Shown here: positions 55,940-64,000 of the stretch, one piece after another | Position numbering within the stretch: position 1 is the first letter of the stretch | Layout of the letters: every line of letters starts with the position of its first letter | IMG/VR virus record: IMGVR_UViG_3300029930_000001 | Span: 10,935 to 74,934 of that record | DNA: 64,000 nt | Strand: one strand, 5' to 3' | From: a virus | Lineage: Duplodnaviria; Caudoviricetes | Translations under genes and position numbers: made by a program | The notes under the pieces: generated by a model | What the model was told of the DNA's origin: nothing | Database searches by the model: none | The model's input: the letters and a program-made list of their open reading frames with translations, nothing else

Positions 55940-56141
55940 TGTTAGAAGAGCGTGAGAACAGGCCCATAGCGAGCCAAATTAAAACAGCAACAGGCCAAAA
56001 GGGCACGGACGGCCATATGGAAACGACCGCCCATGCCCCTAGACAAGCTGCACCAAAGCTAAAACAGCCGACAATGATCAATGCAAGGACAATGCTGATG
56101 CCCCAGATGAACGGATCTTTGTCGGCTTTACTCATTTTCAA
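55929..56141 (-). CDS. small membrane protein
   Basis: Two hydrophobic helices. Confidence 0.55.
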   Translation of the reverse strand: MKMSKADKDPFIWGISIVLALIIVGCFSFGAACLGAWAVVSIWPSVPFWPVAVLIWLAMGLFSRSSNNAS

Positions 56142-56425
56142 AACGGATCGTCGTTAGCGACGGACTTGCCACCGCCTTGGCCGCCGCCTTTGCCGTCGTT
56201 GTTCCACATGGAAGCGTAGGCTTTGGGGCTGTCGTTCATTTCGGGCACTGTTACCAGGCCTTTGAAATGAGGGGCAGTGTCCTTATCGCGCTTATCATTG
56301 TCCCAAAGGGCAAAGCGCAGTTTGTAATTACCATTTGCATTGGTGCCTGCCTTTTTCATGGCATTCAGCACGTCAGGCGTTAGGTCAAGGGAGCCGGAAA
56401 AAGAAGGAGCGTTGCCAGCGGGCAT
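56138..56425 (-). CDS. putative single-stranded DNA-binding protein
   Basis: OB-like core, Gly-rich linker and acidic DDPF tail; next to the exonuclease. Confidence 0.55.
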   Translation of the reverse strand: MPAGNAPSFSGSLDLTPDVLNAMKKAGTNANGNYKLRFALWDNDKRDKDTAPHFKGLVTVPEMNDSPKAYASMWNNDGKGGGQGGGKSVANDDPF

Positions 56426-56494
56426 GAAGTAGTCCTCGCGGAGTGTAGTGGGCCCTGGTGGGGCAATCGAAGCTTAGCTAAAGTTTTACAACAG

Positions 56495-57259
56495 TCATGC
56501 CCCACGGTCCATAGAAATTGTTAAGGGGCGACCACCGGGATAGTGGTCAAAGAAAAACTGCTGCGTCTTCTGCATCATGATCCCAGCTTGCATGGCAAGC
56601 TCTCCTGCTGACAGGGAGACAATTTGCGCTTCCTGTCCTTTGCCGGTGTCTGGATCGTAAATGGCAATGGCGCAATGGGCCTCATTGATTTCGATGTCAT
56701 ACATTTGTTCAATGGCCTGTACATAGGCGCCAAGCTGCATGCGATAGTCGGCCAGTTGTGTATCAGGCTTTTCCTTGTAGGAGGTTTTCCAATCAAGGAG
56801 AGCATATTCGCCGTTGTTCATTTTGGCGAGCATGTCGAACGTTCCCGAGTAGCCAATTTCTTGGGCGTGATCGTACCAGGCAATGGCACTTTCAACGAGC
56901 ATTGGACTATCCACTCGTTCAAGAAAACCAACGATGCTTTCAAAGTAGGGGACATACGCTTCGTGAGAGTCAAGATGCGTTTGAATGTCTTCTCCATTCC
57001 AGAAATCTTCTAGAACACCGTGCAGCCAATTGCCACGATCCACGGCATTGCGTGTGCGACGATTGGCCTCTTCATCCCCCACTCTCTTGCGCCAGTTCAT
57101 GAGCGCTGCAATTTTGCCAGGCGGCGAACACGCGCTCGCAATAGTCGTCACAGAGGGCAAAACATACCCTTCGGGAACATTGGGAAAATCGTCGCAACGA
57201 TAATACCTTTTTTTGTTGATCTGTAAGCGATTGGGTTCGTAGCGAAGAAACGCTGGCAT
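56495..57259 (-). CDS. PD-(D/E)XK (Cas4/RecB-like) exonuclease
   Basis: PSVTTI, RG..LH..LE, SGTFD......LLDWKT, Y..QL.AY. Confidence 0.85.
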   Translation of the reverse strand: MPAFLRYEPNRLQINKKRYYRCDDFPNVPEGYVLPSVTTIASACSPPGKIAALMNWRKRVGDEEANRRTRNAVDRGNWLHGVLEDFWNGEDIQTHLDSHEAYVPYFESIVGFLERVDSPMLVESAIAWYDHAQEIGYSGTFDMLAKMNNGEYALLDWKTSYKEKPDTQLADYRMQLGAYVQAIEQMYDIEINEAHCAIAIYDPDTGKGQEAQIVSLSAGELAMQAGIMMQKTQQFFFDHYPGGRPLTISMDRGA

Positions 57260-57296
57260 CGACAGACGGGCAAGACATAGATCGTAACAACCCACT

Positions 57297-57527
57297 TCAG
57301 TCATGACTCCTAATGTGATATCCAAGATCACACTGGACTTCATCAATCTTGCCATCCATATCACGCAAAGAGCGTTGAAGCTCTATCACGTCACTTTGAA
57401 GCTGTCCCAAAAGATTGAACAGTCCTTCAATGCTTACGCCATCTTCTTGCATGAGGCATTTAGCCATCATTCGCCCATCAGACGTAAGCGTTTCACTTGC
57501 AAAAACTACTTCCTTGTTTGTTTTCAT
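57297..57527 (-). CDS. hypothetical protein
   Basis: Operon-like overlap with its neighbour. Confidence 0.5.
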   Translation of the reverse strand: MKTNKEVVFASETLTSDGRMMAKCLMQEDGVSIEGLFNLLGQLQSDVIELQRSLRDMDGKIDEVQCDLGYHIRSHD

Positions 57528-57898
57528 TTTTCATTCATGTCCCAGAAATATTCGCAGCCTTCCTCGTCATAAGGAGGCGTGCCAAAATAGCTTTGCCAGC
57601 GATCTGCAGGCGCCATGTAACGCCAACAGTTTTCTTTAACAGGGCATTCGTCGCCTTGGCACATGGCAATGTCAGGCATAAGAATTTTGGAGGCAATTTG
57701 ATGAAGGTAAGTGCGATCCATAAGAGGATCGTTAGCAATGGTTTCAAGCACAGCAGCAATGCGCCGATGGCTGCTAAGCGAATCATCAGGAAAGCGCCAA
57801 AAGGCTTCGTGACATGCATCAATTAGAGCGCGATGGTTGTGCAAGATTTTGCTCATAAAGACGCACTTGTTCAACGATTTCGTCCATTGCATCAGCAA
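57524..57898 (-). CDS. hypothetical protein with Cys-rich C-terminal domain
   Basis: MPDIAMC.G..CP.KE.C.RY...C.YFW. Confidence 0.5.
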   Translation of the reverse strand: MLMQWTKSLNKCVFMSKILHNHRALIDACHEAFWRFPDDSLSSHRRIAAVLETIANDPLMDRTYLHQIASKILMPDIAMCQGDECPVKENCWRYMAPADRWQSYFGTPPYDEEGCEYFWDMNEK

Positions 57899-58049
57899 TG
57901 GAGCCGTCCTGAAAGCCAGCAGCGAGCATGCACTGGCGAAAATGCTCCATCACTTCAGGCGCATAGATGTTTTCAAACGAATAGTCAAAACGAGTGCTAC
58001 CTTCGCGGTAGCAGATAGTCCAACTGCTCATGGGAGAATTTTGCTGCAA
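57819..58049 (-). CDS. hypothetical protein
   Basis: F.....PEV..HF...M.A.GF...SI pattern. Confidence 0.5.
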   Translation of the reverse strand: MQQNSPMSSWTICYREGSTRFDYSFENIYAPEVMEHFRQCMLAAGFQDGSIADAMDEIVEQVRLYEQNLAQPSRSN

Positions 58050-58219
58050 ATGAAAAGAACAATGAGAGCAAAGACAGTAGCTGCTCCGCTCATCAATAAA
58101 AACAGGCCAAGGGGATCATGCGCCAAATAAGGCGGCAGGAATAGTAGTGAGGGGAAGACCATCTTGATCAATGCAAAGGGAACCAGCAAAGGCCCGTTGA
58201 AGACGGGCCGCTGCTAGAT

Positions 58220-59164
58220 CTACTGCTTTTTTGCTACGAATGCCTGCAAGTTGGCCACCAGCCCCTGGATGTCAGTGGCGGAACAAATGGCGTCGAGCTC
58301 AGCGCGCATGTCGCCTTTGGTGATAACCAGCCCTTGCTCTTTGGCCCAAATGGTCGCCATTGCTTGCACCACGTTGTTGAACTGTTTCCAGCTCTTCACT
58401 TCTGAGGCGTAGGAAAGACCGATGGATTGAAGCGCTGCTTTACCAGCAGCCATGCTCTTCTTCTCGTCCTCATAGCTAAGAGGATTGGCCTTGCAAAGCT
58501 CCGTCAGTGCTGATTTGGCATCAAACGCATCGTCGGCAGCAGTTGCCTTTGCTCCAGCATCTCCAGCAGCTTCTTTAGCTGGTGCTGATTTCGCCGTTGT
58601 CCGCGCAGCTTGCTTTGGAGCTTCCTGTTGAAGCGGGAGTTTGGCCGATCCTTTTTCATCTTCCTTGGGAATGTCTTCTCCTGCATAGAGACGCAGACCA
58701 AGACCAGTGAAAGTGGCGATGCACTTAACGCTGGCGCGTTGGATGTTATCGCTGATAGCCCGGCCGTCAAGCTGCTGGATGGAATTATGCTTTCTGTCCA
58801 TCACTGGAAAGACCAGCGCAGGCGTACGACGAATGCCGTCAGTGAGGTAGGGGCGAAGAATGAAGGCTCCAGGCTCACCAAATACAGGCCAGCCAATAGT
58901 CTTCTCCTCAAACGCCACAAACAACGTCGGGAAATGCTCCTTTAGATAGCGGAAAGCAAACGGCCAGGACAGATAGGACAGGCCCTTGTAATCCTTTTCA
59001 ATGTGGGGGCCGATGTCAGGCGTGTCGTATGCAGCACGAAATGCCTCAGCGCTGATTTCCAGCGGAGAGAAAATGCCGTTGTAACGATCAAGCAATGCTT
59101 GTTTTGTAGGGTCTTCCATGCAGGAAAAATCGGAGGGCGAGTAGGTGAGGAGAGAGTGTTTCAT
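58220..59164 (-). CDS. single-strand annealing protein (Sak/DUF1071-like)
   Basis: K.GLSYLSW..A, I...IQRA.VK.IA...GLGL.LYAGEDIP. Confidence 0.8.
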   Translation of the reverse strand: MKHSLLTYSPSDFSCMEDPTKQALLDRYNGIFSPLEISAEAFRAAYDTPDIGPHIEKDYKGLSYLSWPFAFRYLKEHFPTLFVAFEEKTIGWPVFGEPGAFILRPYLTDGIRRTPALVFPVMDRKHNSIQQLDGRAISDNIQRASVKCIATFTGLGLRLYAGEDIPKEDEKGSAKLPLQQEAPKQAARTTAKSAPAKEAAGDAGAKATAADDAFDAKSALTELCKANPLSYEDEKKSMAAGKAALQSIGLSYASEVKSWKQFNNVVQAMATIWAKEQGLVITKGDMRAELDAICSATDIQGLVANLQAFVAKKQ

Positions 59165-59167
59165 TCG

Positions 59168-59422
59168 CTATTTGTGAACAGCGTATGGCTCTTCGTTGCC
59201 ATACAGCATGACAAACATCATGCTTGCTTCCTCATTGGAAAAGACAAGGCTTTGTCCAGGAAGCGGCCAGTCAGGGATGGCCCTGGCGTCAGTAACCTCC
59301 TCTAGGCATTCAGGATCGTAGCCATCATCAAACACTCCCTGCTCCCAAATCATCTTCACTTCAGTGTCAGGATGATGCAGCAGGAATAATTCGCAGGCGA
59401 GCTTAAGCTCTGAAACCTTCAT
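59168..59422 (-). CDS. hypothetical protein
   Basis: MKVSEL...L...PD.EV start. Confidence 0.5.
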   Translation of the reverse strand: MKVSELKLACELFLLHHPDTEVKMIWEQGVFDDGYDPECLEEVTDARAIPDWPLPGQSLVFSNEEASMMFVMLYGNEEPYAVHK

Positions 59423-59654
59423 AGTCCTCAATGGTGACGTTGGAAATGGCGTAGTCCTCCACCATCGAAAACGCACCATCAGACAATGTGGCAGTGCCCT
59501 CCCAGGTGGGGGTGGTACGAATGAGGCGCTCAACTGTTTCGCTTAAGCTTTGCCGTGCTTCATGGGCGATGTCGCCCAAATGCTTGTAGCACGTATCAGT
59601 GAGCGTGAAATGGCGGCTTTTCTTGGGCTCGCCGTAGTCCGAAGGCATAGGCAA
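59403..59654 (-). CDS. ribbon-helix-helix DNA-binding protein
   Basis: KKSRHFTLTD.....L..IA.....SLSE.VERLIR; divergent from the primase. Confidence 0.6.
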   Translation of the reverse strand: MPMPSDYGEPKKSRHFTLTDTCYKHLGDIAHEARQSLSETVERLIRTTPTWEGTATLSDGAFSMVEDYAISNVTIEDYEGFRA

Positions 59655-59782
59655 CAGGACCGAACATAGCCACCATAGCCGTTATGGCCATGCTGTCAAC
59701 CATGTTTCCTTAAAAGGACGTTAAGACTTGCTGCGGCCTGGTCGAACGGTGGTTTTCTTGCTAGAACCACCTCGACTTCGCC

Positions 59783-61819
59783 TTGCCCATGGCCTTTTCC
59801 ATCCTTGACCACCTCACGAAATTAGAACCCAGCGAACACCAAGGAAAATATATCTGCCCAGCATGTAATGGTAATGATTTCTCCGTAAACGAGGAGAATG
59901 GTGCATACAATTGCTTCAACGACCCATCGCCAAAGCACCGCACTGAAATTCGAAACATCCTCGCTCCTTTAGAGCGCTGGGAACGTCCCATGCGGGAAGC
60001 ACGTTCTTATACGTTTGGCTACCAAAACAGGGATGGGCAGACGGTTATCAACGTTGTTAGGGATGATTCATCGGGCAAGAAGAACATCCGTCAAACATAT
60101 CCAACAGTTCCGAAGGAAACTGCACAACGCAAGACGGTTATTGATGAAATTCGTACCAATATTCTTCCATATCGCTATAACGATGCCATTGAAGCGTCTG
60201 CCACTACTGGCCTACCGATTTTCGTCGTAGAAGGCGAACTCACCTGCGACAAGCTATGGGAGGAAGGTCTTCCTTGTATCACTTTTCTTGGCGGGAGTGG
60301 ACAATACCGTGCGAACGGAGACTATTCTCTTCTGTTTCGCGGGGAGAAACTAGTCCTTTGTCCTGATCGTGATGAGCCCGGCGTGGCTCTCATGAAAGAA
60401 GTGGCGGCAGATAATCCCGGAGCACAGTGGTGCTACGCGGAACCGTCTAGCTTTGAATGGGAAAGCTTGCCGCAGAATGGCGGCTATGACTTGTCTGATT
60501 GGCTGGAAGATGGTGCAGATCAGGCAACCATTCTTTCTTCCATCGTTTCAAAGGATAGGCATGAAGGGAAGGATGGTCTCCCGTCATTTGAGGAAATCAT
60601 CTCCACGTTTGAACGCATGGTTGGCCTTTATGGCAACGATGCTCGCATTGTGTTTGAAGCCCGCCAATGGATGGAAAGCCATGGCATCAAACTCAACGCC
60701 CAGGAAACGGAAAAGCTTTTAGCAGAAGCACGCGGGCGTGTGCATGGTCGGGAGGAAATGGAAATCCTCGATGCCAAGGCCATTGCACAGTCTGAAGATT
60801 CGCGCAAATGGACCATTGCAGGCATCCTGCCCGAGAGTAGCGTGATGCTTCTGGCCGCAGCTCCCGGCAGTGGTAAGTCAACATTGCTTTACAACTGGGG
60901 CCTGCACGTGGCTCTAGGCAGGGATTGGAGCAATCGTCGTTGTAAACAAGGGAAAGTGCTCATCATTCAATGCGATGAGCCAGTGGTCGATGCCGCTGAA
61001 AAGCTGCAAATCATTGGTTATGACGATGAAGACCTTGCGCCTGACACCATTGGCTTCATTGACCGCTGGCGGTTTAATAACATTCCTCAGCTTCTTGCCT
61101 ATGTAAAGCGTTATCGTCCGCAGCTCATCATGATTGATAGCCTCACGTCGTGCTTGGCTGGCATGGAAGTTGATCTGGTTCGTTCTGATGCTGGCAATTG
61201 CATTTATGAACTGCGAGACATTGCCAATCAATATGGTTGTTCCATTGTCATCCTCCACCACTTAAACAAGAGCGGCGGCATTCGCGATAGCTCCAGTTTT
61301 GAAGCCAATGTGAGTGAAGTGGTGAAGCTCTATCGCACTGACAATAATCCTGATTCCACGCAATTTATGTTTGAATGGACCAAGAGCCGGAGTGGTTTAG
61401 CCGGCAAGCATTTCCTGCAGCGCGATCCCTCCACTTATGGCTGGTGGTACAAGGGGCCTGTGGCTGGCGGCAATGAAGCGCTGGATAATTTGGTCAATAT
61501 GATCAATTCGCGCAAGCATGAGCGCTTTGATCGTCGCCAAGCCGCTGCTGCCGCTGGTTCATGGGACAGCGTATCGGTGGGGCGGCTGCTGGAAGTGGCG
61601 CGTCGTCAGGGACTGGTTGACAGCAGCTTTATTGTTGGTCCCAATGGTGAGCGGACGAGGCTGTATCAAAGCTGGAACTATCAAGAGCCTGATTTGAATT
61701 TTCAGGAAAATGAAATTTCAGCAATTGTTGAAAAAGAGGCATTAGCTGAAAAAGAAGAGCCCATGCCCGTCACCATAGAAAGTCTTCCTGAAAAGGAAGA
61801 CGAAGACGATTGGTTTTAA
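59783..61819 (+). CDS. primase-helicase (Zn finger + TOPRIM + RepA/AAA_25 helicase)
   Basis: CPAC...CFN, VVEGE...D.D..G..G.DL.DW, APGSGKST, IMIDSL, ILHHLNKSG.IR.SS. Confidence 0.88.
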   Translation: MPMAFSILDHLTKLEPSEHQGKYICPACNGNDFSVNEENGAYNCFNDPSPKHRTEIRNILAPLERWERPMREARSYTFGYQNRDGQTVINVVRDDSSGKKNIRQTYPTVPKETAQRKTVIDEIRTNILPYRYNDAIEASATTGLPIFVVEGELTCDKLWEEGLPCITFLGGSGQYRANGDYSLLFRGEKLVLCPDRDEPGVALMKEVAADNPGAQWCYAEPSSFEWESLPQNGGYDLSDWLEDGADQATILSSIVSKDRHEGKDGLPSFEEIISTFERMVGLYGNDARIVFEARQWMESHGIKLNAQETEKLLAEARGRVHGREEMEILDAKAIAQSEDSRKWTIAGILPESSVMLLAAAPGSGKSTLLYNWGLHVALGRDWSNRRCKQGKVLIIQCDEPVVDAAEKLQIIGYDDEDLAPDTIGFIDRWRFNNIPQLLAYVKRYRPQLIMIDSLTSCLAGMEVDLVRSDAGNCIYELRDIANQYGCSIVILHHLNKSGGIRDSSSFEANVSEVVKLYRTDNNPDSTQFMFEWTKSRSGLAGKHFLQRDPSTYGWWYKGPVAGGNEALDNLVNMINSRKHERFDRRQAAAAAGSWDSVSVGRLLEVARRQGLVDSSFIVGPNGERTRLYQSWNYQEPDLNFQENEISAIVEKEALAEKEEPMPVTIESLPEKEDEDDWF

Positions 61820-61907
61820 CCTTCTCGCAATAGGAGGGAGGCTCTATTGCGCAGCCTCCCCGTCGCTTACCGTAGCGAGCGACTGACTAAAGTATAAGAA
61901 CAATCTT

Positions 61908-62111
61908 TTGCGCATCGTTAATACGGTGCGCTTTTTAATTATGAAAATCATTTGGGAAGACAATGGTCAGAGCTTCGATCAGCTTCCTCCTGTAAAGACC
62001 CTGGAGCCGGAGGCTGCGGAGGCTGCGGAGGCTCAGGAGGATGAGGAGGCTCAGGAGGGTGCGGAGGAAACGCAATACCAACCTCCTTCTGGCACTGGGT
62101 TTGGCTGGTAG
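61908..62111 (+). CDS. low-complexity acidic protein with 9-bp tandem repeats
   Basis: GGAGGCTGC-type repeats encoding EAAEAAEAQEDEEAQE. Confidence 0.4.
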   Translation: MRIVNTVRFLIMKIIWEDNGQSFDQLPPVKTLEPEAAEAAEAQEDEEAQEGAEETQYQPPSGTGFGW

Positions 62112-62449
62112 TCAATTGGCCAACTGTCCCATCGCTTGAGGAATTTGGCGACGTGGAGTAGACTGGTCACGGAAAGTCCCGAGCGCACCTAAAAATCCAG
62201 GGCCAGACCTACCAAGCCTACGCTGCCTGGTCAGCCAGGGCAAACGGAGCCCCCCAAAGGGGCGGAGTGAGACGATCATCAGACCAAAATTCCCTAAAAA
62301 GAACAAGGCTAGATGAGAACCAAACTCCCTCCGCAGGCCGGTCAAGCCAGAGTGGAGCCCCCAAAGGGCGGAACGATCAAGAGAAAAGGCCTAAGTAGCC
62401 TTCAATCAAGAAAAACAGGATTAGTATTGCCAAGGAAATTCTCCTACCA

Positions 62450-62692
62450 ATGCTTAATCCTCCCAAGGCAGTAGATCACTTGCCGCTGATTGTCCACAAT
62501 GGCGTAGAAATTTTGCCAGTGGTTCATTACGGCTTTTCATCGCCAAAAAAAGGGCCGCAACCAGCGGCCCGTACGCTCTATGGAGCAAGGGATAATAATG
62601 GAGAGCGCCATTGGCGCTCTAGCTTGCACGAAATTGAACAGCTCATTGACACTGGCTTTGCCATCATCGAAGAGGGCTGTGACGATGCATGA
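62450..62692 (+). CDS. hypothetical protein
   Basis: ATG preceded by a TAGTAT motif. Confidence 0.55.
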   Translation: MLNPPKAVDHLPLIVHNGVEILPVVHYGFSSPKKGPQPAARTLYGARDNNGERHWRSSLHEIEQLIDTGFAIIEEGCDDA

Positions 62693-62900
62693 ATATTGCA
62701 CGTCTCCTAAAAGCTGTATGGCTCTGGCGTATGAGCGTGAAACCAACGAGGAAATGCATCCTGATGGTTTGAACGCTGCCTATGCAGAAATCATGGACAG
62801 CGTTCATAAGGAACTGGAGAGCTTTGTAACGAAGTATTGCCCAAAACGCTTAAATGAATTCGATGATTTGATGGAGCGTGTATTTTGGCAGTATCATTGA
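62685..62900 (+). CDS. hypothetical protein
   Basis: ATG at 62685 overlaps the previous stop. Confidence 0.5.
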   Translation: MHEYCTSPKSCMALAYERETNEEMHPDGLNAAYAEIMDSVHKELESFVTKYCPKRLNEFDDLMERVFWQYH

Positions 62901-62903
62901 TGC

Positions 62904-63074
62904 ATGGCTGAATCAGAAGACGACAAGATCCGGCGTCTTATTGACGAAGCCATTCGTCATCATGAAATCAAAGTGGCATGGGCGAGCGGCGTATTAGGCG
63001 CCGCTCTTCTTGCCGGAATGTTTCATGCCATTGCATTGTTGAATTATGAACTCTCTCAATGGAAAGCTCACTGA
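62904..63074 (+). CDS. small membrane protein
   Basis: My translation: MAESEDDKIRRLIDEAIRHHEIKVAWASGVLGAALLAGMF... Confidence 0.45.
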   Translation: MAESEDDKIRRLIDEAIRHHEIKVAWASGVLGAALLAGMFHAIALLNYELSQWKAH

Positions 63075-63213
63075 TGATGAATGGAAAGAACTTTGTCAAT
63101 TAAAAGCTGCTATTGATGACTCTCCGGCCGCTGTTGCGGCCTCCAAGATGGAACGCTTCACGGAACTATTTGTTCGTACTCTCCATGGGAAAGGAGATAC
63201 AATGCGAGCATAG
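63046..63213 (+). CDS. small hypothetical protein
   Basis: My translation: MNSLNGKLTDDEWKELCQLKAAIDDSP... Confidence 0.45.
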   Translation: MNSLNGKLTDDEWKELCQLKAAIDDSPAAVAASKMERFTELFVRTLHGKGDTMRA

Positions 63214-63227
63214 TTATTCTATGTTGC

Positions 63228-63977
63228 ATGGCACGCCCTGAAATTGAATTTACCTCCCCAGATGAAGAGAAGGAATATGCAGCAAAGGCATTGAAGAAAG
63301 CCGGCATTACCGAGAATCAGTTTGAAACCATTCGTGAGATGAAAGTGAATGGTGGAGTGGGGGCGGCTGGTTATGGCAAGGAAATGCTTGGTCTTAGGCG
63401 ATGGATGGTGCAGGAATTATTGGCTGCTTCAATGAGCAATCGTCAGATTGCGAATGTTCTAAAGCTAAGCAAGGAAACAGTTAATAGTGACAGGAAGTTC
63501 AATCGTTTGTTATACACGGAAGAAATCTTGAAGAATCAAGATACACACCGTGCAAGACTGTTGAAAGAGCAAATGGACCTTAAGGACCTGGCTCTTGATA
63601 GTTTTGAACGTAGCAAGAAAAAGAAGACGATCACCATTATGGATGGCGATGGTGATGGGAAAGAAATCGTCAAGATGGAAGAAAGTGCTGGCGATCCATC
63701 GTTTCTTAACGTGGCGAAGAATAGCTTGGTTGAACAGGCGAAGCTTCTTGGCTTAAACGAACAACGGCCCGTGGAAGCGCAGGATACGTCCTATCGCAAA
63801 TTCCTGCAGGATCTTTCCTCCACCATTGAAAAAGAAAAACAAGCTAAAGCCACTGAAGAACGTCGTGATAATTCCCTGCCTGCTATTGCCACTGCCATCA
63901 GCTTTGATGATGAACCAGAACAGGAGCCTCTCCCCGACACGATGCCTTTACGAACAATTAATGAAGAGGACTATTGA
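63228..63977 (+). CDS. HTH protein, possible terminase small subunit
   Basis: HTH SNRQIANVLKLSKETVNSD, helical oligomerisation region, GDPSFL..AK......AKLLGL. Confidence 0.5.
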   Translation: MARPEIEFTSPDEEKEYAAKALKKAGITENQFETIREMKVNGGVGAAGYGKEMLGLRRWMVQELLAASMSNRQIANVLKLSKETVNSDRKFNRLLYTEEILKNQDTHRARLLKEQMDLKDLALDSFERSKKKKTITIMDGDGDGKEIVKMEESAGDPSFLNVAKNSLVEQAKLLGLNEQRPVEAQDTSYRKFLQDLSSTIEKEKQAKATEERRDNSLPAIATAISFDDEPEQEPLPDTMPLRTINEEDY

Positions 63978-64000
63978 CAAGGCCGCCTATGGCGGCCATA

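Noticed and set aside
56495-57259. Cas4 acting in spacer acquisition for the array
   Set aside because: It sits with SSB and SSAP genes as an ordinary phage recombination exonuclease, and no Fe-S cysteine set is evident. A link cannot be supported from sequence.
62150-62240. Another GGY-NN unit on the minus strand
   Set aside because: Only a few GGY triplets fall in 5-nt phase, and there is no handle or GAGGA hairpin; consistent with chance.
1-64000. Stop-codon reassignment or alternative genetic code
   Set aside because: Core genes are full length under the standard code and use TAA, TAG and TGA as stops.

Overview
This 64 kb window is most of a tailed-phage genome with a siphovirus-like long non-contractile tail. 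The host is probably a cyanobacterium, inferred from the P-SSP7-type minimal ribonucleotide reductase. Left to right it holds: a nucleotide-metabolism and RNA block (nrdA/nrdB, NUMOD4-HNH, a structured ncRNA plus a tRNA-like element, metallophosphoesterase, tRNA-Leu); terminase large subunit (minus strand); portal and head genes interrupted by a glycosyltransferase/methyltransferase cluster; tail genes with a -1 frameshifted chaperone; a long multi-fibre region; lysis genes; and a replication/recombination region (thyX, dcd, SSB, exonuclease, SSAP, primase-helicase). The standout is at 53846-55354. A Cas7/RAMP-like gene is followed by five non-coding units, each built from a conserved 5' handle, 10-13 GGY-NN pentamers with variable NN, and a conserved 3' hairpin showing covariation. 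A sixth unit with its own promoter lies upstream, and the locus is flanked by HNH and PD-(D/E)XK nuclease genes. This looks like a phage-encoded RNA-guided system with a non-contiguous guide code. A second, apparently unannotated -1 frameshift (A_AAA_AAG plus a 9-bp stem) fuses two head-region ORFs. All protein family calls come from motif recognition by eye; no database search was run.
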